From Malacoraja senta (lineage: Eukaryota): 64,000 nt of DNA. Numbering within the stretch: position 1 is the stretch's first letter; each line of letters opens with the position of its first letter. The notes beneath the pieces were generated by a model. It worked only from the letters and a program-made list of their open reading frames with translations, had not been told where the DNA came from and did no database searches. This document shows positions 36,222 through 48,689 of the stretch, in pieces. The translations under genes and the position numbers were made by a program. Location: assembly GCA_038087875.1 (NCBI GenBank), contig CM075996.1, positions 5,334,001 through 5,398,000 of the forward strand. The letters run 5' to 3'.

Positions 36222-37754
36222 GTTAAAAGTATGTGGCAGCAGCTCTGGGAAGGGGGTGTGAAAGAGGTGATAGGTTCTGTCGTCAGATAGCAATTTATTT
36301 TGATTCACTCAGATCGAAATAAGGAATCAATTATCTCTTATCCTTGCCAATCAGTGAGCAACCTTATGTAAGATCACGTCCCAGGCACAACCTGACGTGT
36401 TTCTCCACATATCCCTGGCCTTTGGTTCTCCGCTCTGCTTCCATGGTGATTCACTGCACCTTGTATCTCACTTGACTTTGTGTTCCACTGAGCACATTTT
36501 AAACAGCTCTGTTCAATGCGTCCTGCACTGAGTATTGTAATGCCTTTTTCAATGCCTATTATAATGGGATTAGGTAAATGCTGACAGCGATGGCAAATGT
36601 CTTTAAGTGACGAAAGAGGTTTGCTTAGTTGTTCAAAATGGTTGCTCCTCTCTGACCCCAGTGGCTTTATGGCCACTTGCATTGTCCAGCTACACTCATG
36701 GAAACACAGTTACTACCAGCAACATTTTCTTTTTGGTTTAACAAATGTGCCCTCACAACTCTGCACTATGAATTTACGCTTGTATCAGGTCTGTGGTATT
36801 CTTATTTCTCTTTATTTTGCTGACCCAATTCAACACAGCTTACTCTGCTTGCTAAGTGTTATCTGCAAACTTCATCCAAGTTATTATCATCTAGAATAAA
36901 CTGCTGAGCCGTCTGTGTAGCTCCACAGGGAATATCATTAACCATGCCCCACTATACAGCAACCTCTTTTAGGAAGACACAAAATGCTGGAGTAACTCAG
37001 TGGGACAGGCAGCACCTCTGGAGAGAAGGAATGGGTGACGTTTCGGGTCGAGGCCCTTCTTCATAACCTGTCCTATCCTTAAACTGTCTAAATTTATTGT
37101 ACGTTAATATATATTTTTTACTATTTGGAACTTGCACCTTCTCCCCTGACTCTCAGCCTGAAGAATGGGACATGTTGGTCAGTATGGGCAAGTTGGGCCA
37201 AGGAGCCTGTTTCCACTCTGTGTGACTCTGTGACTCCATGTTCTTTATTCCCAGCACTTTTATAAGTGGTAGTAAAAAAAATCCAAATAGACATCTTGTT
37301 TTTCTTTTAGCCAACACAGAGTTGTCCATGACCCTGCAGACAGAATGGATTCTGGATAGAATGCTGGAGTGGAAATTATTCATATCCTTTACAATTGTAG
37401 TCAGCCTTGCAAAATCTACATCCTGCAATGGGAAGGCATCTGCGGGGGGGGGGGGGGGGGGGGCTGAGGCGGCTGGGAGGGGCAAACCTGCAGATGAAGG
37501 AAATTTGAAATAAAATCAGGGAATTCTGAAAGTATTTTGTGGGTCAGGCAGCATCTAAAGAGGAGAGGGAAACATCGTCAGGTCAAGAAGTTTGGAAAAA
37601 GTGAGAAAACAAGACAATATTTTAAGTTGCAAAGGTTGGGAGGTTGGAGAGAACAGAGGGAATGTCTGTGGTAGGTCAAAGAAAAGTTGATGTTACCCTG
37701 GCAACTTTGGTCTGCACCCTATCACTGAATTAAAAAGTAATTGCACTTTCCTTT

Positions 37755-38090
37755 AGACCGGGTCTGCGCCGACCAGCGATCACCCCGTACACTAGCACTA
37801 TCCTACACACACTTGGGACAATTACACTAGCACTATCATAAAAACACACACTTGGGACAATTACACTAGCACTATCATAAAAACACACACTTGGGACAAT
37901 TTACAATTTTACCAAAGCCAGTTAACCTACAAACCTGCACGTCTTTGCAGAGTGGGAGGAAACCGGAGCACCCGGAGAAAACCCACGTGGTCACAGGGAG
38001 AATGTACAAACTCCGTACAGACAAACACCGGTAGTCTGAATCAAACCCGGGTTCCTGGCGCTGTAAGGCAGCAACTCTACCGCCGTGCCG
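37755..38090 (-). mobile_element. V-domain SINE with an internal triplication of a 35-39-bp segment
   Basis: ACACTAGCACTATC...ACTTGGGACAATT three times at 37789-37901. Confidence 0.8.
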
Positions 38091-39716
38091 CCATCAACCC
38101 CTATGCCACTCTCGACCACCCCGCGATCTACACCCCTTCCTCTCTCCTTGCCAACCATCCACTATTAGTTGTGATCCGGTATGATTCACAGCACACCAAA
38201 CTGAATATTCAAGAGCTAAATCAGCATGGAGCCTCTGACCTAACGCCTAATGCAAATTATTATTTGCCTATTGCTAAGCCTAGCTGTAAAAATATTGCTG
38301 ACTGCAGATTATAAGATCAGGAGACAAATGTTTATTTGTGTGTTTATCAGTGCAAGGTATGTTATAATTCAAGGCAGTGGATGTTCCTGCAACTCATCAT
38401 AAAATGGTCCAAACCAACGCAGTTCCTAAACATCTTACCGAGTGCAAAAGAAGTTCGACACAAAATACTGGAGTAATTCAGCAGGTCAAGCAGCAACTCT
38501 GGAAGAAAAGGAATAGGTGACGTTTTGGGTCGAGACCCTTCTTCAGACGTTCCAGTACTAAACCATAAAGATGATACACCTTCCAAGCCAGGATTATCTA
38601 GTGTCAGAGCAATAAGGGAAAGGATTCAGAAGTCTATTCACAGTCCGGCACAACGGCGCAGCGGTAGAGTTGCTGCCTCACAGCGCCAGAGACACGGGTT
38701 CGATCCTGACTACAGATGCTGTCTGCACGGAGTTTGTGCATTATCCCTGTGACCTGCGTGGGTTTTCTCCGGGTGCTGCGGTTTCCTCCCACACTCCAAA
38801 GTCGTTCAGTTTTGTAGGTTAATCGATATCGGTAAAATTGCAAATTGCCCCTAGTGTGTAGGATAGCTTTGGTGTACTGGGCTATCACTGGCCTGCACGG
38901 ACCTGGTGGGCCGAAGGGCCTAGTTTCCGCGCTGTATATCTTTAAAAACAAGACACAACCCTGAAATGACCTATCTGAAATATTCCAGGCACGCTTGCCT
39001 TTCCCCACCATTGTTCTGACATCTTCACGTGTGCCCTGTTGGCTCAGTGTCAAAGGTTGGAAAACATTTTCACAATGTTCTAGTTGCCCTAGATAGGCAT
39101 GTTGTTGTTATGGTCGTTTGGCTAATCATGGCTGAAACAATAGCAAGAAGACATAAAAACTGTCATTCAGAAATTCGAACAGTAAAAAAATGCAGCCAAA
39201 ATGTCAACAGTCTTTCATTTGAGCTGAGTGTGCTGTCAGTATTAACTGGTTCTACAGCCTAAAGGGACATATTGGTATTTGTATTTATATCGGTATTGTT
39301 TTATTATAGTCACGTGTACTGAGGTAAAGTGAAAAACGTTGTTTTGAGTGCCATCCAGGTAAAAAATAGGTAGATAGATCCGCCATAAATGAATGGTGGA
39401 GTAGACTTGATGGGCCGAGTGGCCTAATTCTGCTCCTATAACTTATGAACTTATGAGATTGTGTCATGGAGTCACACAGCATGGAAACAGGCCCTTTAGC
39501 AATCTCGTCCATGCCAACCAAGATGCCCCATCTACACTAGTTCCATTTGCCCGCATTTGGTCCATATCCCTCTAAACCTTTAGCATCCTGCGGTCCAAGG
39601 AATAACATTGTGGCCTGTATGATTTATCTCTATAGCTCAGGCCCCTGAGTCCTGGCAACATCCTCATAAATCTTCTCCAGTATCCAGACATGATTACAAT
39701 CAAAACCATGCATGGT

Positions 39717-40065
39717 CTGAAGAAGGGTCTCGACCTGAAACGTCACCCGTTCCTTCCTTCTCTCCAGAGATGCTGCCTGTCCCGCTGAGTTACTGAAGAC
39801 TGAAGAAGGGTCTCGACCCGAAACGTCACCCATTCCTTCCTTCTCTCCAGAGATGCTGCCTGTCCCGCTGAGTTACTGAAGACTGAAGAAGGGTCTCGAC
39901 CCGAAACGTCACCCATTCCTTCCTTCTCTTCAGAGACGCTGCCTGTCCCGCTGAGTTACTGAAGACTGAAGAAGGGTCTCGACCCGAAATGTCACCCATT
40001 CCTTCCTTCTCTCCAGAGATGCTGCCTGTCCCGCTGAGTTACTCCAGCATTTTGTGTCTATCTTA
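39717..40065 (+). repeat. 4 x 83-bp tandem array of Penelope-derived hammerhead-motif units
   Basis: CTGAAGAAGGGTCTCGACC starts at 39717, 39800, 39883 and 39966; flanked by CATGGT at 39711-39716 and 40066-40071. Confidence 0.9.
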
Positions 40066-40380
40066 CATGGTACAACAGGTAGTGCAGTGAGGAAGGAATG
40101 AGTGTTACAGCTACAGAGAGAGCGCAGATTAAAGTGAAAAGGTCACAGCAATGTCGATTGGGGTGTCAGGTACGCATCCTTAGCTTGTGACAGTTCTATC
40201 TGGGACATATGACAATAAAACACTCTTGGCTCTTGACTGATAACAGCGGGGAAGAAAGTGTTCTTGAATCTGGTGGCACGTGCTTTCAAGTTGTGCCCGA
40301 CGAGAGAGGGGAGAAGAGGGAATGACCGGGATGTGAGTGGTCCTTGATTATGTTGGCTGCTTTCCCGAGGCAGAACTAAG

Positions 40381-40613
40381 GGCAGTCACGGTGGCGCAGC
40401 GGTAGAGTTGCTGCCTTACAGCAAAATGCAGCGCCAGAGACCCGGATTCGATCCCGACTACGGGTGCTGTCTGTACGGAGTTTGACCGTTCTCCCCGTGA
40501 CCTGCGTGGGTTTTCTCCCAGATCTTCGGTTTCCTCCCACACTCCAAAGACCCACAGGTTTGTAGGCTAATTGGCAATCGATTAATTGGCTTGATAAAAA
40601 TGTAAAATTGTCC
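40381..40613 (+). mobile_element. V-domain SINE (3'-truncated)
   Basis: tRNA head and V-domain as in the other copies. Confidence 0.8.
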
Positions 40614-41081
40614 AAGTTGGCGATATACAGAGTACTGCCCTGTCGACTACAAAATTCAGAAGGTGTAGACAGAGTCTCACTGTCAGAGGAAGACGTTACA
40701 ATATTTATCAAGCATAATGTTGACCAACATTAGACCAGTTAATGAGATTCTGCCTTTAAGAAGAGATTCCAGTTTTTTGTGTGATAAATCAAGGCCCTGT
40801 CTCTGTCCTCTCAGCATGGAGTACAGAACGACATGCCAGCACGTACACTTAATATCAGATGCCAAGCTGGCAAAGCTGCAAAACAGGACCATATGTCTTC
40901 AAAGCAGTAAAAGCAGCAGGCAACAGACAGAGCCTTGTGATCCCACGACCAACTGATCAGATCAAGGTCCCACAGTCCTTCTACATCCAGTCATAGATTC
41001 ATACAACATGGAAACAGGCCCTTCGGCCCAACTGTAGAAACAAAGAACTGCAGATGCTGGTTTATACCAAAGATATTCTGG

Positions 41082-41299
41082 CACTTCCACGACCTAATTC
41101 ACGACCTCTGCCGAGTTTGCCCTCGACTCATACTCGCAGCATGGTCGTCGCGAGGTCGTAGGTAGGTCGTAGCAGGCCGTGATGCTAGTCGTAGATACTC
41201 GTGGCATCAAGTAGGTCGGGGCGTTTTTTCTAGCCTGATGAAAAATGTCCACGGGTAAAAAAAGGTCGTGAATTAGGTCGTGAAAGTGGGACAGGCCCT
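41082..41299. mobile_element. PIF/Harbinger-like MITE (left TIR truncated)
   Basis: Reverse-orientation relative of 56931-57148; right end GAAAGTGGGACAGGCCCT|TAA. Confidence 0.8.
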
Positions 41300-42487
41300 T
41301 AAATCTTCTCTCGTATCCATCCATGATTACAATCAAAACTAGACATGGCACAACAGTTAGTGCAGTGAAGAAGGAAGATGGTGCAGACTATAGTGTTACT
41401 GCTTCAGAGAGAGTGGAGATTAAAGTGAAAGGCTCACAACAATGTCGATTGGGGAGTGAGGAGTCAGGTACACGTCCTTACCTTGTGACAGCCTGATAAC
41501 AATGGGGAAGGAGGTGTTCCTCAATCTGGTGCTTTCAAGTTTTTTCGTATCTTCTGCCCAAGGTGCTGGAGTAACTCAGCGAGTCAGGCATCATCTCTGG
41601 GGAAAAAGGATGCGTGATCTTTCGGGTCTGAAGGAGGGTCCCGACCCGAAACGTCACCCATCCTTTTTCTCCAGAGAGTTCATGGGGGGGGGGGAGGGGG
41701 CACACGGTGGTGCAGCGGTAGAGTTGCCGCCTTGCAGCACCAGAGACCCGGGTTCCATCCTGACTGCGGGTGCTGTCTGTGTGGGGTTTGCACCACCGTG
41801 CCGCCCTTTTTGAACAGCAACTCCCAAACCAGCAAAACCTACCACTAAAGAGGAGAATGGAAGGCGGTGCATGGGGAGCACCACCACCTTCAGGTTCCAC
41901 TCCAATTTGCACACACCATCCATCCTGATATTGCCGTTGGCAGACACAAAAAGCTGGAGTAACTCAGCGGGACAGGCAGCATCTCTGGCGAGAAGGAACG
42001 GGTGACGTTTCGGGTCGAGACCCTTCCTCAGATTCAATGGGTGACGTTTCGGGACGAGACCCTTCTTCAGACGGATCTTTGATATGGCCCTTCCTGGGTC
42101 TAACTACAGTAGCTCCCTACCCAAACAGTACAGTGTGAGTACCAGCACGGGTATCGACCCACTTCCAACCCTTCAAGGGCGATAAGGGATGTGTATTAAA
42201 TGCTGGCCTTCCCAACAACAAGCCCATGCTGGCGACCAACACAAAGCAGGTGACATCCCAAAACAGGGATGTCAGTCGTTTTCCTGAGAGCAACTCACCG
42301 CCAGTAAAACTACGCAGAAAATAAATTATTTTCTGCGAGGAATGGATCACGTGCAGGCAGATGAGATTAGTTCTGCTTGGCGTGGTGTTCAGCACAAACA
42401 CTGTGGGCCAAAGGGCCTGCTCCTGTGCTGTATTGTTCTATGGATGGGCTGGGACAAAGGGCCTGTGTCCACATGCTGTTATACTCT

Positions 42488-43048
42488 ATGGAATTCTCTG
42501 CCTCAGAAGGCAGTGGAGGCCAATTCTCTGGATGCTTTCAAGAGAGAGTTAGATCGAGGTCTTAAAGATATTGGAGTCAGGGGATATGGGGAGAAGGCAG
42601 GAACGGGGTACTGATTGTGGATGACCAGCTGTCATCACATTGAATGGCGGTGCTGGCTCGAAGGGCCGAAAGGCCTACATAATTTAATTTGCTATATTTA
42701 AGAGGGAGTTAGATGTGGCCCTTGTGGCTAAAGGGATCAGGGGGTATGGAGAGAAGGCAGGTACGGGATACTGAGTTGGATGATCAGCCATGATCATATT
42801 GAATGGCGGTGCAGGCTTGAAGGGCCGAATGGTCTACTCCTGCACCTATTTTCTATGTATCTATGTATCTATAAGAGGGAGTTAGATGTGGCCCTTGTGG
42901 TTAAAGGGATCAGGGGGTATGGAGAGAAGGCAGGTGTACAGGATACTGAGTTGGATGATCAGCCATGATCATATTGAATGGCGGTGCAGGCTCGAAGGGC
43001 CGAATGGCCTACTCCTACACCTATTTTCTACGTTTCTATGTTTCTATA
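42488..43048 (+). mobile_element. Three stacked CR1 3' ends
   Basis: AAGAG.GAGTTAGAT...GAATGGCGGTGC...GAAGGGCCGAA repeated three times; the last two are nearly identical. Confidence 0.8.
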
Positions 43049-43339
43049 ATCATGTATTCTCTTTCCGCTGACTGGATAGCATGCAACAAAAGCTTTTCAC
43101 TGTGTAGGAAGGAACTGCAGATGTTGGTTTAAACCAAAGATAGCCACAAAAAGCTGGAGTAACTCAGCGGGACAGGCAGCATCTCTGGAGAGAAGCAATG
43201 GGTGACGTTTCGGGTCGAGACCCATCTTCAGACTAGTGCAGGCTCAAAGGGCCGAATGGCCTACACCTGCACCTATTTTCTATGTTTCTATGTTTCTATG
43301 AGAAGCAGAACATGGTAGAATGTGTGAAAAAATAATAAT

Positions 43340-43652
43340 TTTGTCTCTGCGGAGAACTATGATTTGGCAACCGCACCCAATGGTACGACCGCAGTCAGGA
43401 ACTAACAGTGTGGCATCAGAAGTTCACATTTGTATCCTATTAACTCCAAGAATGTTGCATTTCAACCTTGTGAGACTTTGTGGACATATTGGGGGGGGGA
43501 AGAAGTTAATGGAGATTTTGGCCCTCAGAACAGTGTCCTCATTAAACATCCAGCTCATGACTGCACACCATATGACTGCACTTCAAGTCTATCAGCACCA
43601 TATTTATGTTGCTTTCGAAACAAAAACACGAGAGTACCTGCTGCAAATCCTG
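43340..43652 (+). pseudogene. Possible decayed immunoglobulin V-set exon
   Basis: With frameshifts: ELTVWHQK (W at 43411), then GDFGPQNSVLIKHPAHDCTPYDC (DxxxYxC, C at 43577), and phase-1 donor CCTG|GTAAAA after 43652; B-strand Cys position reads CGC; speculative. Confidence 0.3.
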
Positions 43653-44884
43653 GTAAAAGCTATTTGACATCCGCCACGCTAAAGTGATCTGCTTTCAGCT
43701 CTGCGCACTAAGCCCAACACAATGAAGGACATTGTGAAACTTTATGCAATCAGTTGCATAAAGTAACAACTATGAGGCTTTGTAGCATTATTTAACTTGG
43801 CACAATGTAAATGGGACATCGTATAATTGCACTGGGGAAGCTGAAGGCACATTTGAAGCAATCACTGGTGTCGGGCTTACACCAGGTTTCTTGTGACGTC
43901 ACTGCGGCCTGCAAGACAAAGTCGGACTTCAGTGAATTTTGTAACGTTGTCTTGAAGGATTGCACGGAGTTCGTTACATGAAGCGTAGAACTCATAGAGG
44001 TTTGCAGACTGTTGCAGCATCGAACATGCTGGCCACTCCACTGCCTTTGGGAAGAGGTGGCTAACAAATGCCTCAGTCAAAGTCTCAAGGCTGGTTTGCC
44101 AGAGATGAGGACTGATTGATTGAAAGATACAGCGTGGAAACAGGCCCTTCGGCCCACCGCTGACTGGTTAGCACGCAATAAAAGCTTTTCACTGTACCCC
44201 GATACACGCGACCATAAAGGAAGCGAAACTAAACCGAGTTCACGCTGACCATCGATCACCCGTTCGTTCACACTAGTTCTATGTTATCCCATTTTTTCAA
44301 CAACTCCTTACACACTTGGGTCAATATACAGAGGCCAATTAACCTACAGACACGCATATTTTTGGTATGTGGGAGGAAACCCATGCGGTCACAGCGAGAA
44401 TGTGCTAGCTCCATACAGGCAGCACCCGTGGTCAGGATCGAACCTGGGTCTCTGGCGCAGAGAGGCAGCAGCTTTACCCGCTGCGTCACTGTCCCGTTTG
44501 ATGTTTTCACTTGTGGGGGAATTGCAACCGAGTTGCAGTGATACAGAAGAAACCTCGTTAATTGAAGCGTGGAGACTGCGGTCATAAGGGCAGGTGCAGA
44601 TTAGGTTAAGCAAATGCAGGATCAGAGGGAATTGGGGCACGGTAAATTAGCATGGCCTTATCGGCAGGCCGTGCTTGTCCACACTCCTGACAAATGAGCA
44701 TATAAGAACGAAACAAAAAGCGTTGGAGGAACTCAGCGGGTCAGGCAGCATCTGCGGAGAGAATGGACAAGACAACATTTCAGGTGTTCCCGACCTGAAA
44801 CATTCTCTGTCCATTCCCTCCGCAGATACTGCCTGACCCACTCAGATACTCCTGCACTTTTGTGTCTTTTTTTTGGTAAAGCAA

Positions 44885-45186
44885 CTCGGTGGTGCAGCAG
44901 TAGAGTTGCTGCCTTACAACGCCAGAGACCCGGGTTCGATCCTGACTACGGGTGCTTGTCTGTATGGAGTTTGTACGTTCTCCCTGTGACCTGCGTGGGT
45001 TTCCTCCGAAATCTTCGGTTTCCTCCTGCACTCCAAAGACGTACAGGTTTGTAGGTTAATTGGCTTGGTGTAAATCTAAAATTGTCCCCAGTGTGTGATG
45101 GGTAGTGTTAATGTGCGGGGATCGCTGGTCGGTGCAGACTCGGTGGGTCGAAAGGCCTGTTTCCGCGCTGTATCTCAAAACTAAAC
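44885..45186 (+). mobile_element. V-domain SINE
   Basis: Full head, V-domain and CR1-type tail; another copy at about 46001-46288. Confidence 0.85.
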
Positions 45187-47524
45187 ATCTGCAGTTCCTT
45201 GCGTCTACGAGTTCCTCCAGCACTTTCGTATTTTGTTTAAGATTGCAGAATCTGCTGTTCCTTTTGTCAGAATATAAGAACTACCGATTGTGACACTTTA
45301 CTGAGAAGGTTTAATCTTCATTTATGATTGTGACCACATTGGTCACCAGCAAGTGTGTTGATGGGTGTTATTCCGAATTCTCCAAAAGTGGAAACATCCT
45401 CACCGCTGTCGACCCTTACCTCGGCTGCTCCGGCTTCCTTCCATATCCCTAATCCTGTCTTGTGACTTGGACTGACTCCTTTATCAGCCATCTTTTTCCA
45501 GCAGCTGATTAGTTAGTGAACACAGTTGAGCATCTTGCCTCCTCTCTCCACCTTCCCATCCTCATGTTCATAAGTTCAAGGAGCAGAATTAGGCCATTCA
45601 GCCCATTGAGTCTACTCCACCATTCAATCATGGCCGATCTGTCTTTCCCCTCTCAACCCCATTCTCCTTCCTCCTCCCCATAACCCCGGACACCCTTACT
45701 AATCACGAATCAGCACCTTGAAAATACCCTTTGGCTTGGCCTCCACGGCCATCGGTGGCAATGAATTCCACATATTAGACAATAGACAATAGGTGCAGGA
45801 GTAGGCCATTCGGCCCTTCAAGCCAGCACCATATTCGTACCATGCACAGCCACAATCATACTCAAGCACAAGGGTATGAGAAGAGTAGATTAGACTGCGG
45901 CAGCACCCAATTGTTGCTACGTTTCCAGCACCATCTTGTACCCTTCAATTTTAAAATTGTAAAAAAAAATGTTAGTGTCTTAACTCCCTTGTAGAATCCA
46001 GGTGGCACAGTGGTAGAGTTGCCGCTTTACAGCGCCAGAGACCCGGGTTCGATCCCGACTACAAGTGCTGCCCGTACCGAACTTGTACCTTCTCCCCGTG
46101 GGTTTTGCCCGGGTGCTCCGGTTTCCTCCCACACTCCAAAAGACGCACAGGTTTGTAGGTTAATTGGCTTCAATAAAAACTATAAATTGTCCCGAGTGTG
46201 TGTAAGATGGTGTACGGGGTGATCGCTGGTCGGCGCAGACTTGGTGGGTCGAAGGGCCTGTTTCTGCACTGTATCTCTAAGCTAAACTTTAAAAAACATT
46301 ATTTTGTTATTTTATTAGAAGCAATTGTGCAAAGATAAAACATTCGGCGTCTAGAATTATACAATTATTGTAACAGCTTCATTTTTAACCTTATTACCTA
46401 AATTATAAAAAGGAAAAAAAGGAAAGAAAGAGAGAAAGCAAGAAAGGAAGGAAGTAAAAAGTGAAAAGATAGAGTCAAGGAGAATAAGAGAAAGTCCCCC
46501 TAAACTACCAAAACAGTGTAGCAGAAAGATAGAGGAATTTAAAAAAAAGAAAAATGGAGATATACCTTGTCCCTCGCCCCCCCCCAAGCTAAACTTTTAA
46601 ACTTGGCCACACATGCCCTTTGCGCTGGCGGCAGCACTGTGTTGGAATTGCAGTGGGAACAAGGCGATGTTGCTGACCCCTCTGCACTCCACCCTTCATT
46701 CCCATTTCCCATCCAAGCACCTCCACCTCCATCCCCTTCCCCCCCGACGGCCTGGCACTACACACAGGGATCGCTGCAGTCAAAGGGGGGTCGGATGATC
46801 CCACGGGAGATTTGAAGAGCAGCTTGTTTCAACACTGTAGTCTTTGTCACACTAATGCGGCGAATTGTGGATTGCAGGGGGTAAGCATGTTTTTTCCTGC
46901 TGGCTTACTTATTGGAATAAATAATTGTCTACTGCGGCGACAACATGACTGTATTTTCACGGGGACAAGCGCTGGGATGGACTCTATAAATTATCACCCA
47001 GGCACAGCAGTTTGGAAGAATGTTGCTGGAAATCAGTAATATTTATTGTGCTGATCAGGGAGGCACAGTGGTGCAGCGGTAGTGTTGCTGCCTCACAGTG
47101 CTAGAGACCCGGGTACTATCCTGACAACGGGTGCTGTCTGTACGGAGTTTGTACGTTCTCCCCGAGATCTTCACTTTCCTCCCACGTAGGTTAATTGGCT
47201 TGGCATCAATGCAAATCGTTTTAAGAATAAGGGGCAAGCCATTTAGAACGGTCACAAGGAAACACTTTTTCTCACAGAGAGTGGTGAGCCTGTGGAATTC
47301 TCTGCCTCAGAGGGCGGTGGAGGCAGGTTCTCTGGATGCTTTCAAGGGAGAGCTAGATAGGGCTTTTAAAAATAGCAGTCAGGGGATAGGGAGAGAAGGC
47401 AGGAACGGGGTACTGATTGGGGATCACATTGAATGGCTCGAAGGGCCAAATGGCCTACTCCTGCACCCTATTGTCTGTTGTCTCTTGTATGTGTGTAGGA
47501 CAGTGTTAGTGTGTGGGGATTGCT

Positions 47525-47666
47525 TCTTCTTCTTCTTGCGTATGGCGTGCACAGCCTAAAGTTGTCGGGCAACTTGTTCTATTTGATCTTATTTGATTGT
47601 GCACGCCAGGTTGATTGCATTTGTCGAAACAAGGCGGACCACGTGAAGGTTGCAATCTCCCACCCC
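47525..47666 (-). mobile_element. 142-bp non-autonomous retroelement: 5' HDV-like ribozyme, 3' stem-loop, (GAA)n tail, 10-11-bp TSD
   Basis: GGGGATTGCT at 47515-47524 and 47668-47677, inside a V-SINE tail; 3' end CCATACGCAAGAAGAAGAAGAA. Confidence 0.85.
47613..47666 (-). ncRNA. Minimal HDV-like self-cleaving ribozyme (predicted)
   Basis: P1 GGGGUGG/CCGCCUU with G.U at +1, P2 GAUUGCA/UGCAAUC, P3 ACC/GGU, L3 UUCACGU, P1.1 C-G, minimal P4 U(UUCG)A, J4/2 CAAA. Confidence 0.8.
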
Positions 47667-48689
47667 CGGGGATTGCTGGTCGGTGCGCCGAAGGGCCTGT
47701 TTCCGCGCTGTATTCTCTAAATTAAACCTGCTGTCATGAATCTGTGATATATTCCACCGATCCAACGTCTGACGTGGCCTATGCCTGACATTAGTTCAGC
47801 GGCTCCTTGCTGAATAGAAGTTTAGACTTTCGGTATCCAGCGCGGCAACCAGCCCTTCGGCCCACCGAGCGGTGATCACCCCATACGCCAGCACTATCCT
47901 ATACACTAGGGACAATTTACAATTTAACCGAAGCCAATTAACCTGCAAACTTGTACACAGAAACATAGAAAATAGGTGCAGGAGTAGGCCATTCGGCCCT
48001 TCGAGCCTGCACCGCCATTCAAAATGATCATCCAACTCAGTATCCTGTACCTGCCTTCTCTCCATACCCCCTGATCCCTTTAGCCACAAGGGCCACATCT
48101 AACTCCCTCTTAAATATAGCCAATGAACTGGCCACAACTACCTTCTGTGGAAGAGAGTTCCAGAGATTCACCACTCTGTGTGAAAAATCAACGTCTTTGG
48201 AGTGTGGGTGGAAATATCGGAGCACATGGAGAAAACCCCAAACGGTCAAAGGGAGAACGTACAAATTCCGTACAGGCGTGGCAGTTTTTTTTTCTGTAAA
48301 ACTACACAGGACTTTGGTGAAAACAGTCCTGAAGTAATCCATAGTGTTACTACTCTCCTTGAGGATGTATTGGCTTGGAAGCAATTCAGAGAAAGTTCAT
48401 TCGATTGACTGCAGGCTTGAAGAGGTTGTGTTGTTGGTTTTTTTTGCAAACTGCTGAAATATATTTGCCAGTTTGATAAGAGTGAGAGGTGATCTCATTG
48501 AAACATATGTTGGCACTCTTCGCTTGTTCCGACAGCACCTCCCAATCCTGAAAACCAAGGCAGGCGAGGGCAACAGATACACCACCATTTTCTGGATCCC
48601 CTCCAAGTCACATATTATGCTGCCTCGGAGATTTTAGTTTAGTTTGGGGACACAGCATGGGAACAGGCCCTTTTTGGCCCATCGAGTCC

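Noticed and set aside
14877..36372. Scattered D-box octamers TTATGTAA/TTACATAA (14877, 20652, 26577, 27877, 30378, 36364)
   Set aside because: Assuming about 58% AT, roughly 4-5 are expected by chance in 64 kb on both strands; the count is not clearly enriched.
39717..40065. CRISPR-like array
   Set aside because: Units are near-identical over their whole length with no unique spacers, and the context is eukaryotic with no cas genes.
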